From: an uncultured virus (IMG/VR IMGVR_UViG_3300035698_026597)
Lineage: Duplodnaviria > Heunggongvirae > Uroviricota > Caudoviricetes
Reading direction: 5' to 3' (one strand)
DNA: 64,000 bases
Virus record (IMG/VR): IMGVR_UViG_3300035698_026597
This document shows positions 46,180 to 55,095 of this stretch, in pieces. Position numbers and translations under genes: made by a program. Position 1 is the stretch's first letter. Every line of letters begins with the position of its first letter. The notes beneath the pieces are model-generated. The model was given only the letters and a program-made list of their open reading frames with translations, was not told the DNA's origin and searched no databases.

Positions 46180-46949
46180 TGAAGAAGAAACTAAAACCTA
46201 AGATATCTTATGTTAATGGGTTTCCTACGATAACACCAGAGGATATCAACCAGTATGGGACAAGATTTCAAACACCAGATAAGGATAAAAAGAGAGTAGT
46301 ATGCATTGGCTGTTCTCATACGTACGGAATGACTGGGGCGAAAAATGCTTGGCCTTTTCTTTTGGGGGAGAAACTTGGAAGCGGATATCAAGTCCTGAAT
46401 ATGGCTCGTAGGAACTATAGCCTTAAGCTGAATATAGACTGGTACAATTTCTACGCAAAAAAGATCAATCCGTATGCTTGTATCATACAGATCCCGAATT
46501 TCACAAGACAACCCTACCCAGGTTTGCAACCTGATAAGGCAATTCATTACACCGCAAAGTATGGTGTTCTTGATGTTCATCACAGAAGGAAAAAGGTAAC
46601 GGATAAAGAATTACTCAATATATCTCAGCAGCTTATAGATAATGAGGCTTTGAGACTTAAGGCTTTCTTGATATCGTTGAAATCGGATGGTGTTATTCCT
46701 GTCGTAGTTCTCTACTATACTTTTGATTATAGACCTGATCTCCTATACAGAGAAATCTCAGCGTGTCACGATAAGATAAGTAGAGTTTGCATTGAATTTG
46801 ATGTTTGCTTATGTAGAGATGAGGAGAATTTGTCTAGGAACCATTTCGAAAGTGAAGGATGGATGCATACCGACAAAGCTCATCCAAATACAGAAGGTAA
46901 TGAATATATAGCTAATTATATACACACAAGGGTGGAGAACATATTGTGA
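46179..46949 (+). CDS. SGNH/GDSL hydrolase-like protein
   Basis: VCIGCSHTYG, WP.LL...L.....VLNMA, D..HPN.EGN. Confidence 0.8.
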   Translation: MKKKLKPKISYVNGFPTITPEDINQYGTRFQTPDKDKKRVVCIGCSHTYGMTGAKNAWPFLLGEKLGSGYQVLNMARRNYSLKLNIDWYNFYAKKINPYACIIQIPNFTRQPYPGLQPDKAIHYTAKYGVLDVHHRRKKVTDKELLNISQQLIDNEALRLKAFLISLKSDGVIPVVVLYYTFDYRPDLLYREISACHDKISRVCIEFDVCLCRDEENLSRNHFESEGWMHTDKAHPNTEGNEYIANYIHTRVENIL

Positions 46950-47062
46950 AAATAAAGAGAATATTGTTATCTATCGGGTCGTTTTTTAAAAGAGTTTGGA
47001 ACTGGATAAAGAGCTTTTTTAAAGGCGGCGATGACCACGATGATATATATCCTATTTGGTAG
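46946..47062 (+). CDS. Unannotated 38-aa peptide MKIKRILLSIGSFFKRVWNWIKSFFKGGDDHDDIYPIW
   Basis: Hand translation; GTG overlaps previous TGA (GTGA), GGAG 8 nt upstream, fills the gap to the radical SAM gene. Confidence 0.75.
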   Translation: MKIKRILLSIGSFFKRVWNWIKSFFKGGDDHDDIYPIW

Positions 47063-47071
47063 GGAATAGAC

Positions 47072-48052
47072 ATGAAACTGGCTGTTGTTTCAATAACCAA
47101 TCGTTGTAATTTCAAATGTAAGATGTGTGATATCGGACAAAAGAACCAGGCTAGTTCTGGCCTCTATCCCAATCTGTTAGGGCATGACGAGATTGACCCT
47201 AAACAGTGGGCAAATATTTTTGACACTTTGAAGGTTGACGCGGTAGATATTGTAGGGGTTGAGCCTCTCTTGTATCCGAGATTTCACGGGCTCTTGTCTA
47301 AGATCTATCATAATCGCAAAAAAAGGATAAGATTAACTACCAATGGCTGGCATCTAGAGAAATGGAAAAGCGCCATCGTCCAATATGTTGAGCTAACAAC
47401 GGTGAGCATAGATGGGCTAAAGGAAACACATGACCGTATTCGAGGAGTAGACGGTGCTTTTGATAGAGCCTTTCATGGGTTGACGAGTTTGGGTGGCAAT
47501 AATGGTTGGGGTAAAAGGGTAAGAACAAGTTTCGCCATAACTCCTGATAATGTGCAGGATATGATACCATTCTATGAATTGATGATGGGGAACGGAATTC
47601 CTGTAATTTTTAACCACTACAATTATATACATCCAATATCTTGTGAAGGGAAAAAGGCGAGTCCATCTAATATGGTTTACGATCTTAATGATATAGATAT
47701 TAAACAAGTACTTAAAGCGATCAAGCACTGTAAAAAGGCTGCTTTTTTGCCCAGGTTGACTACAGAGAAACAATTAGATAGGTACTATAGAAGACCTCCT
47801 ACAACGAGATTGAAAAGCGGTAATGGGTGCAAAGTTCTTAACGAAGCGGCTCAAGGGAAAAGGTTTGTTATCAATTCTGATGGAACCTTGATACCTGGAA
47901 ATAGATGTTGGATAACGAAAGAAATCGGTAATGTTTTAGACGGGGCGTTACCAGAGAACACTAAATGGATTAAGAATATAGCCAAAGACATAAAGAAGAA
48001 TGGGTTTTACCCACCTTGTCAGAGGTTGTGCTGCTCTGGTAAGACTGTATAA
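47072..48052 (+). CDS. Radical SAM protein with C-terminal SPASM/twitch-like Cys region
   Basis: ITNRCNFKCKMC, G.EPLL, LTTNG, VSIDG..ETHD.IRG..GAF, C...INSDG.....C...IGN...CQRLCC. Confidence 0.9.
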   Translation: MKLAVVSITNRCNFKCKMCDIGQKNQASSGLYPNLLGHDEIDPKQWANIFDTLKVDAVDIVGVEPLLYPRFHGLLSKIYHNRKKRIRLTTNGWHLEKWKSAIVQYVELTTVSIDGLKETHDRIRGVDGAFDRAFHGLTSLGGNNGWGKRVRTSFAITPDNVQDMIPFYELMMGNGIPVIFNHYNYIHPISCEGKKASPSNMVYDLNDIDIKQVLKAIKHCKKAAFLPRLTTEKQLDRYYRRPPTTRLKSGNGCKVLNEAAQGKRFVINSDGTLIPGNRCWITKEIGNVLDGALPENTKWIKNIAKDIKKNGFYPPCQRLCCSGKTV

Positions 48053-48065
48053 AGGAGGATCTCTT

Positions 48066-49259
48066 ATGGTTTCGAACCAGGATCTAAAACTGTTTAGCAT
48101 TTGTACTACGTATGGTCATAAGGAAACAAAAAGAACTAGCAAAAGCGTAAAGAGAGTTTTGCCGGTTAAAAAGAAAATCACCATATCAAAATCTGCTCCC
48201 AAAAAACTTCGATTCAAGAAGTTAATCAAAGAAGATGTGAATCTATCGCTATTTAAAGGGGTACAACTTAAGACTAAGGATTTCATTGAGGAATCTATAT
48301 GGGATCTTAAGGATCTAAAGTGTAGGACTAAGCCTATATCTTATCCGTTGTTCCTGGTCGGGATCAGAGACATTTTACGTAGGGCGATAGTAGAGAACTG
48401 GGATCCAGCGAAAGTAAATGTACTATGTTATACGTCTGGCTATGACAGTAGAGTCCTTAATGAGATTGTGGCTCAAGAGTATAGGGAAAGAGGGGATGAG
48501 TGGTTTGGTGATGCTGTGTTTATGACTGTAGGACCAGAGCATGAGATAGCGGCATCTATGATAGAATTCCAGGGACTGCCTGAGGATAGACATTTTGTTC
48601 CGGCCACAGCATTTGATGAAGATTACTATTCTACTAATCTAGAGTTTAAGAACGCATGGAAGAGATTGAATGGTGCAGCTTCTTTCCCGATAAACACATC
48701 TTACTATCTTGAGTCGTACATTAAGGAGAAGTTTCCAGACAGAGATATAGTTATATGGTCTGCTGGGTTCTTTAACGAGCTTTTACAGATCATTTTGCCT
48801 ACATCTCATAAGAATGGGGGTCACCCTGTAAACATGTTTTGGAAGATGTTTATTGGGGCAAGATATTCTCAGTTTCTTGGGGCTCTAGATATTCCTGTAA
48901 TATATCCGCTTTTAAATAGCGAGACTTTTAGATTCGTAACAGAATCTTACATGAATGCGTCCCCGCCACGTTCCTCAATGCTTAGGAAAGATCTTGTTAA
49001 GTTGTTGAACCCTGGCCTGCTTTCCAAGTTTGAGCGTCTTAGTGACGATTTGTATACGTCTAGAGAGGTCCCAGAGGGCTTAAGGAGCAGGATTAAGGAA
49101 GAATACAAAGCGTCGTTCTATGGAAGAAAGATAAGACCGGATGCAGTCAACGCGATACCAGGAGATATTCATGATCCTAGGGGTTGGAGCCATTGGAGTG
49201 CAGCATCGTTTGTCAATCACTTAATCGAAGAAGGTTATCAAATAGGAGTAGGAACTTAG
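48066..49259 (+). CDS. Asparagine-synthase-like PP-loop ATP pyrophosphatase domain protein
   Basis: TSGYDSR motif; no N-terminal glutaminase domain recognised. Confidence 0.55.
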   Translation: MVSNQDLKLFSICTTYGHKETKRTSKSVKRVLPVKKKITISKSAPKKLRFKKLIKEDVNLSLFKGVQLKTKDFIEESIWDLKDLKCRTKPISYPLFLVGIRDILRRAIVENWDPAKVNVLCYTSGYDSRVLNEIVAQEYRERGDEWFGDAVFMTVGPEHEIAASMIEFQGLPEDRHFVPATAFDEDYYSTNLEFKNAWKRLNGAASFPINTSYYLESYIKEKFPDRDIVIWSAGFFNELLQIILPTSHKNGGHPVNMFWKMFIGARYSQFLGALDIPVIYPLLNSETFRFVTESYMNASPPRSSMLRKDLVKLLNPGLLSKFERLSDDLYTSREVPEGLRSRIKEEYKASFYGRKIRPDAVNAIPGDIHDPRGWSHWSAASFVNHLIEEGYQIGVGT

Positions 49260-49261
49260 AT

Positions 49262-49915
49262 ATGGCAACAGCAAAGATACCATCAAGTGAAAAAGTATTC
49301 ATTCATGAATCGGCCTATGCAGATCAGGGAGCCAAGATAGGTGATGGAACTAAGATATGGCATTTTTCTCATGTCCAATCTGGTGCTGTAATTGGTGAAA
49401 ATTGTATCATAGGCCAGAATGTTAATGTTGCGAATGGGGCGATTGTGGGCAACGGGGTTAAGATTCAAAACAACATTAGTGTTTATAATGGAGTCATAGT
49501 AGAGGATGACGTTTTCCTGGGTCCAAGTATGGTTTTTACGAACGTACATAACCCACGAGCTTTTATTGAGCGGAAAACAGAGTTTCGAGAGACGGTGATA
49601 GAGAAAGGGGCAAGCGTAGGGGCGAATGCTACTATTGTTTGTGGGAATAGAATAGGGCGTTATGCTTTTGTAGGCGCAGGTACAGTTGTTACGAAAGATG
49701 TTAAACCATATTCTCTAGTCGTTGGTGTTCCCGCACGCTGGCGCGGTTTCATTTGTCGTTGTGGAGTCAAATTAGACATAAAGCTATCTGGAGAATATGT
49801 CCCGGCGCAGAAGGAGTATGATATTGTGTGTGATGATTGCGGGGAAAAATACGTTTTGAATAAAAACGGTGCCAGGAAACCTAGGATAAGACACTCTAGT
49901 GAGCAAGCTTACTAA
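49262..49915 (+). CDS. Hexapeptide-repeat N-acetyltransferase (WbpD/WlbB-like)
   Basis: [50 protein letters not shown]. Confidence 0.92.
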   Translation: MATAKIPSSEKVFIHESAYADQGAKIGDGTKIWHFSHVQSGAVIGENCIIGQNVNVANGAIVGNGVKIQNNISVYNGVIVEDDVFLGPSMVFTNVHNPRAFIERKTEFRETVIEKGASVGANATIVCGNRIGRYAFVGAGTVVTKDVKPYSLVVGVPARWRGFICRCGVKLDIKLSGEYVPAQKEYDIVCDDCGEKYVLNKNGARKPRIRHSSEQAY

Positions 49916-49924
49916 GGATCACTC

Positions 49925-50956
49925 ATGAAATTAGTATCTGTGATAGGTACTCGTCCTCAATACATAAAGCTAAAACCTTTGCATGATTATCTAAGAGGAT
50001 ACCCGCCAAAACATGCGGTTTCTTTTGCGGTGGTAGATACGAATCAACATTACAGTAAAGAGATGTCATCCAATTTCGTTTCAGAGCTTTCTCTTATCAT
50101 AGAGTATGCGCTCAATATCTCTAATAAAAGCACTTTTGGATTTCTGTCTGAATGCATGACAGAAATTTATAGAATATTGTGTGAATGTAAGCCAGACGCA
50201 GTTGTGGTAATGGGAGATACGAATAGCACGTTAGCCGCTGCCATAGTTACTAACAAAATGGATATCCCCTTGGGTCATATAGAGTCTGGGGTTAGATGCT
50301 GGGATAGGACTCGTCCAGAAGAGATAAACAGGATATTAGTAGATGATCTTTCTGATGTCCACTTTATATCTAGACAAGAGGATGCCAAAAATGTTAGTAA
50401 TCCAGTTTATACGGGCGACCTGGAATATGCCTTGTTGCACCAGCTTGAAGAAGAAGGGAGAATTCCAGAGATTCAATATGAAGATTGGACTTTGATGACT
50501 ATGCATCGTAAGTGCAATATAACGGTTGATAGAATTTATGGTGTTTTTGAAGATGTTGAGGAATGGGGAGGACAAGTAATTTTTCCAATACATCACAGTA
50601 CAAAAGCGGTGATAAAGGAAAATAACATTCCTGTTCCAGCTAACATTAATATGCTTCCTCCGATGAGCTATTTGGAAATGGTCCACGCTATGGCTAGATG
50701 TAAGTCAATCATAACTGATAGCGGGGGTATCATTAAGACTGCACCTTTCTTTGGAAAGAAATGTCTTATCCCTTGTAATCTATGTGAATGGATGGAGACG
50801 ATAGATGAGGGATATGCTCATATGGGGCTAGATTTTAACTGGTTAGATTATTATTATCCGAAGGGTTATAAGGCCGAATCACAGCGTTCAAAAGACTTCT
50901 ACTATTCCGATAATCCATGTGAAAGCATTGTTGAATCGATGAGAGGATTGATATGA
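49925..50956 (+). CDS. UDP-N-acetylglucosamine 2-epimerase family (WbpI/WecB-like)
   Basis: GTRPQYIK, NQHY, GDTNSTLA, HIESG.R..D...PEEINR, TDSGG. Confidence 0.92.
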   Translation: MKLVSVIGTRPQYIKLKPLHDYLRGYPPKHAVSFAVVDTNQHYSKEMSSNFVSELSLIIEYALNISNKSTFGFLSECMTEIYRILCECKPDAVVVMGDTNSTLAAAIVTNKMDIPLGHIESGVRCWDRTRPEEINRILVDDLSDVHFISRQEDAKNVSNPVYTGDLEYALLHQLEEEGRIPEIQYEDWTLMTMHRKCNITVDRIYGVFEDVEEWGGQVIFPIHHSTKAVIKENNIPVPANINMLPPMSYLEMVHAMARCKSIITDSGGIIKTAPFFGKKCLIPCNLCEWMETIDEGYAHMGLDFNWLDYYYPKGYKAESQRSKDFYYSDNPCESIVESMRGLI

Positions 50957-52092
50957 AATTTCTAGACTTAACGAGAGAGTATAAGTATTATAGTTGGGAG
51001 AAGGCGCTAGCACCAGTCTTTGAAAATACGTCGTTTATTAACGGCCCTCAAGTTAAGAAGTTTGAAGAAGAGATTGCTGCTGTTATTGGATCTAAGTTCG
51101 CTGTAGGCGTAGGGTCTGGTACAGACGCCTTGGAAGTTGCCTTTCTTTCTTTAGGGTTGAAGAATCCTACTGTATTGACTACTCCTTATACTTTCATAGC
51201 TACTACGGAGATTCCATATCGTCTTGGAGCTAATATCGTTTTTCTTGATATCGCAGAAGACTTCAATATCGATATAGATAAGGTAAAGGAATATATTTCT
51301 AAAACTCCTCCGAATGTTTTCTTGCCTGTACATCTCTTTGGTAAGCCAGTAAAGCTTGATAAGGAACTACTGGAATTGTGTCATGAAAAGGGTGTAGTCA
51401 TTATAGAGGATGCTGCGCAAGCAATGGGAACACGATTTGCTTCTGGCGGTTGTGATTTATGTAAAGGGCTGTTGGGCAAGCAGCACGTAGGATCGTTTGG
51501 CGAGATGGGATGTTTCTCGTTTTTCCCCGCGAAAAACTTGGGTTGTGCTGGTGATGGCGGGCTAGTAACCATGGATGATGAGATCCTGTACGAGAAAGCG
51601 AAGGCGATGAGGAATCATGGAAGTAAGATCAAATATCAGAACGAAATGCATGGAGGCAACTTCAGGCTTGACTCTGTGCAAGCCGCATTGCTGTCTGCGA
51701 AGCTTCTTCATCTAGACGATATGCTGGTAAGTAGAATTAGAACAGCAAGCGTATATAACAACGCATTCGCGGAGTTCTATGATGATTTGGTTTGCCCGAA
51801 GACTTGCGAGGGAGAAGTCCATACCTACAACCAATATGTTCTTAGGGTGAAGAAGGGAAGACGAGATGGATTGCAGGCATATCTAAAGAATTGGGGTGGA
51901 ATCCCAACAGCTATTTATTACCCGAGATCTTTGGCAGAGCAACCGTGCTATGCCAACATGAATCTTGAACACAAAGAGTGCGTTAACGCGAGTCGAGCTG
52001 CACTAGAGAATTTGGCTCTCCCTATTGCCTATCTTACAGAAGAAGAGGTTGGCTTGGTTATTGAGGGAGTAAGGAGTTTCTACAATGGATAA
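50953..52092 (+). CDS. DegT/DnrJ aminotransferase (WbpE/WlbC-like)
   Basis: GSGTDAL, TFIAT, PVHLFG, IIEDAAQA.G, SFFPAKNLG..GDGG, GNFRLD.VQAA. Confidence 0.95.
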   Translation: MKFLDLTREYKYYSWEKALAPVFENTSFINGPQVKKFEEEIAAVIGSKFAVGVGSGTDALEVAFLSLGLKNPTVLTTPYTFIATTEIPYRLGANIVFLDIAEDFNIDIDKVKEYISKTPPNVFLPVHLFGKPVKLDKELLELCHEKGVVIIEDAAQAMGTRFASGGCDLCKGLLGKQHVGSFGEMGCFSFFPAKNLGCAGDGGLVTMDDEILYEKAKAMRNHGSKIKYQNEMHGGNFRLDSVQAALLSAKLLHLDDMLVSRIRTASVYNNAFAEFYDDLVCPKTCEGEVHTYNQYVLRVKKGRRDGLQAYLKNWGGIPTAIYYPRSLAEQPCYANMNLEHKECVNASRAALENLALPIAYLTEEEVGLVIEGVRSFYNG

Positions 52093-53044
52093 TGTAAATG
52101 TTGTTGTAGTAGGATGTGGTCATTGGGGAAAGAATATAGTAAGATGTATGAAAGGTCTTGGAGTCTTGGCAGGAGTATTTGACCTGTCAAGGGAGATTAT
52201 GGACAAGAATGCAGAAGGTGTTGTGCAGTACATAAGTTGGAATGCTGTACTAAAAGATCCAAAAATAGATGCGGTTGTGATTGCTCTCCCAGTCGAACAT
52301 CATTATCAATATGCTATGGAAGCACTCCAGGCGGGTAAGCATATATGGGTAGAGAAGCCCATGACTAGCACTTACGAAGAAGCCATTATGTTGAAGCATG
52401 AAGTAGAGAAACGTAATGCGGTTTGTCTCGTAGGTCATCTTCTAGAGTATCATCCAGCCGTTAAAAAACTTAGAGAGCTTGTTGCAGGCGGTGCTATAGG
52501 AGAGATTAGAGAGGTTTACTCTCACAGGCTTAATGCTGGTAAGGTAAGAGATTTCGAGAATGTCTGGTGGTCTTTTGCCCCGCATGACATTTTGCTTATT
52601 TTGAATACGCTGAAGATGGAAGTAACGAATATCAGCAGTTACATGTCTGATTATCTTGGTCGTGGCGTATCAGATAGCACAATGACAATTTTTGAGTTTG
52701 ACAACAAGGTAACTGGGCATATTTATGTAAGTTGGTTGCACCCGTTCAAATCGCAGAGTTTTGTTATTGTGGGGACCGAAGGGGCTTTAGAGTTTACAGA
52801 TACATCTGAAGATAAGCTAAAGATCTATCATAATAAGTACACTTTGAACCCAGGCGGTGGCGGAGCGCTTACGAAGGGCGAATTCGAGTCAGTCCCGATT
52901 GAAGAAGGAGAGCCTTTAATGTCTGAATGTGAGGATTTCATTGATTGTATACAATCTGGTAAAAAGCCATTATCTTCCGAGCAGGAGGGATGGAAGGTTG
53001 TGGAGATTTTGGAGATGTCGAATAGATTTGCTAGGAATAGATGA
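52085..53044 (+). CDS. Gfo/Idh/MocA oxidoreductase (WbpB/WlbA-like)
   Basis: VVGCGHWG.N..R, H.WVEKP, VGHLLEYHP, WSFAPHD, VSWLHPFK. Confidence 0.93.
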   Translation: MDNVNVVVVGCGHWGKNIVRCMKGLGVLAGVFDLSREIMDKNAEGVVQYISWNAVLKDPKIDAVVIALPVEHHYQYAMEALQAGKHIWVEKPMTSTYEEAIMLKHEVEKRNAVCLVGHLLEYHPAVKKLRELVAGGAIGEIREVYSHRLNAGKVRDFENVWWSFAPHDILLILNTLKMEVTNISSYMSDYLGRGVSDSTMTIFEFDNKVTGHIYVSWLHPFKSQSFVIVGTEGALEFTDTSEDKLKIYHNKYTLNPGGGGALTKGEFESVPIEEGEPLMSECEDFIDCIQSGKKPLSSEQEGWKVVEILEMSNRFARNR

Positions 53045-53068
53045 TAATGTGAATAAGGATAGTTTATA

Positions 53069-53500
53069 ATGGCAAACAAGCCCACTAAGAAGAAAGCTAA
53101 GAAGAACACTAAGAAGAAGACGATAAAAGCAAAGAAGGCAGTCAAGAAGGTAAAGAAAGCCACGAAAAAAGATGTTAAGAAGAAAGTAGTAAAGAAGTCT
53201 GTTAAGAAAATTAAAAAGAGAAAACGAAAAGTGTATCAGACTGTCATGGAGATGGATGATCTTTATGGGCTGATGCACAAGGCTCAAACGACAAAAGATT
53301 CCGTTGAGTTTTGTGTAGCAGACCCAAATCTATATCCTGTGGTGGATACGGTATTACAGGACGCCATGATTGATATTCACATGATAGCTAGGGCAAGAGA
53401 CAGGATTTACAATATATCTTTCACGCCAGAAGAGATAGAACATGATATCGAGCTAGAAGTTCCCATAGATGAAATGCTTGAAGAAGGGCATTTGTTCTAG
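53069..53500 (+). CDS. Protein with histone-H1-like Lys/Ala/Val-rich N-terminus
   Basis: KKKAKKNTKKKTIKAKKAVKKVKKATKK...; acidic C-terminal half. Confidence 0.7.
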   Translation: MANKPTKKKAKKNTKKKTIKAKKAVKKVKKATKKDVKKKVVKKSVKKIKKRKRKVYQTVMEMDDLYGLMHKAQTTKDSVEFCVADPNLYPVVDTVLQDAMIDIHMIARARDRIYNISFTPEEIEHDIELEVPIDEMLEEGHLF

Positions 53501-53506
53501 GAGTAA

Positions 53507-54421
53507 ATGATGACAACAAGTGCAGAAGAACTACTAAGAGACAAAGCCGAGAATGCCCCAGATCTACTGTGCATGAGCGGAAGCCGTCTGTACGGGACGA
53601 ATAGAGAAGATTCTGATTATGATTACAGGGGTTTTGTAGTCCCGCCGTACGAGTATATTCTTGGGGTCAAAAACTTCAAAGACCTTGAAGTTGAAGGTGC
53701 AGATCACAAGGTTTATTCGCTGCGGAGATGGATGGAGCTTGCCAGCAAGGGTGACCCGCAATGCACGGAATTGTTTTTTGTTCCAGAACATCAGGTTCTG
53801 AAAATTAGTGATTTCGGTAGACAGGTTATGGACAATAAGCATTTATTCTTGAGCAAGAAGAACTTTTGGAGAGTTATGGGCTATAGTAACTCCGAGTGGA
53901 GAAAAGCCCAGGCGGTAAAAGCCGTCATAGCTGAACGGACAAAGACAGAAGACCAGGTTATAACTGACATCAGGAATGTCTTTGCTCCAGATAAACCGTC
54001 AATGGATCAGATCATTTCGATCCTTGAAGCCCACAAACCAGTAACTTTGGTCCCCAGCAGGAGAAAGCTGGGAGGAAAACGTAAGAAAGAAATAGAGCGA
54101 TATGGATATTGTGTGTCTTCGGCTGCTCATGCAATAAGGTTGGTTGGAGAAGTCGCTGAACTTCTCGCTACTGGGACGATCACATTCCCAAGACCTAACG
54201 CTGTGCAGTTGAAGGCGATAAGATATGGAGAGTATGCGTTCGAGGATTTGGAAAAAGTCTATCAAGAGGGTAGAGAAGCAGCAGAAGAAGCTTTGAATAG
54301 CTCATTGCTTCCGGATCGTGCTGACATGAAAGGCATAAACGGTCTGTACTCCTCTATCGTAAGACAGTTTCTGGCAGAAGACGCCAGATTCTCTGAAGAT
54401 CCGTACGTACATCAAGTTTAA
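53507..54421 (+). CDS. Pol-beta superfamily nucleotidyltransferase (YcgL/RNA-repair type)
   Basis: GSRLYGTN..DSDYDYRG, G.P...E.LF, GY....A.H.IRL...L.TG...PRP....L.AIR.G. Confidence 0.88.
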   Translation: MMTTSAEELLRDKAENAPDLLCMSGSRLYGTNREDSDYDYRGFVVPPYEYILGVKNFKDLEVEGADHKVYSLRRWMELASKGDPQCTELFFVPEHQVLKISDFGRQVMDNKHLFLSKKNFWRVMGYSNSEWRKAQAVKAVIAERTKTEDQVITDIRNVFAPDKPSMDQIISILEAHKPVTLVPSRRKLGGKRKKEIERYGYCVSSAAHAIRLVGEVAELLATGTITFPRPNAVQLKAIRYGEYAFEDLEKVYQEGREAAEEALNSSLLPDRADMKGINGLYSSIVRQFLAEDARFSEDPYVHQV

Positions 54422-54446
54422 TCAGAAGCATTGAGGGCTTTTTGAA

Positions 54447-54800
54447 ATGAACGAGGAATATGAGAAATGGGTGGAACAGTATTGCGGAATCGATTGGCGG
54501 GGGTCTAGCCGAGAGGACCGTGACAGCGGTTTCGGGATAGCTTGCGTATGCTCCTACCTACATGGAATTGAGGCTACGGTAGAAGCTATAGCAAAAGATC
54601 TTGAAGTCCCTGAAGATGAAATAGCAGAGCCTTTTAAGAGGCTGGAAAATGCTGGAGTGTTTTCGGCAGATTTCGACGCCAGGAGCGATGTCGCACTGAA
54701 AGGCGATGAGGGTAAACACGAGTTTGACCTCGCCTGGGGGCATATTGGCGGCATCGCAAGTGGTTTGGTATTTAGATCCTGCGCTAGCAGGAAGGTATAA
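54447..54800 (+). CDS. Hypothetical protein, possible winged HTH
   Basis: ATVEAIAKDLEVPEDEI...FKRLE.AGV. Confidence 0.55.
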   Translation: MNEEYEKWVEQYCGIDWRGSSREDRDSGFGIACVCSYLHGIEATVEAIAKDLEVPEDEIAEPFKRLENAGVFSADFDARSDVALKGDEGKHEFDLAWGHIGGIASGLVFRSCASRKV

Positions 54801-54814
54801 CGAAGGAGTAAAAG

Positions 54815-55030
54815 ATGAGATTACAAAAGAGAGTTGTTGATGTGAAGCGGCATACGAAAGGATATATTATCGATGGTAATAGAGTTACCAGAGGTGCAGC
54901 GGTGAAGATGGCTAGACGAGGACATATTGATGGGGTTATCCCCAGGAAAGGTCCGTACGGATGGTTTATTGCTAGTCATCCAGAATCTATATTTGATTTG
55001 TATGGCTTGCCCACCGTTGTTGAAAGATAA
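54815..55030 (+). CDS. Small basic protein (DUF3892-like)
   Basis: G..VTR..AV.M...G.IDGV...FIASHP.....L..LP; AAGGAG RBS. Confidence 0.55.
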   Translation: MRLQKRVVDVKRHTKGYIIDGNRVTRGAAVKMARRGHIDGVIPRKGPYGWFIASHPESIFDLYGLPTVVER

Positions 55031-55041
55031 CGATCAAAAAT

Positions 55042-55076
55042 ATGCACGAGGGTCTCGCGGGCCCTTGTGCATTTTT
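55042..55076 (+). terminator. Rho-independent terminator
   Basis: ATGCACGAGGGTC-loop-GGCCCTTGTGCAT followed by T run. Confidence 0.8.
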
Positions 55077-55095
55077 ACTAGGAGGGGATAAGGAC

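Noticed and set aside
48066..49259. Lasso peptide cyclase
   Set aside because: No B1/B2 (RRE or transglutaminase-like protease) genes, and the nearby peptide lacks lasso precursor features.
55042..55095. N-terminal extension of TopA given in the ORF track
   Set aside because: It overlaps a terminator hairpin; the RBS and homology start at ATG 55096.
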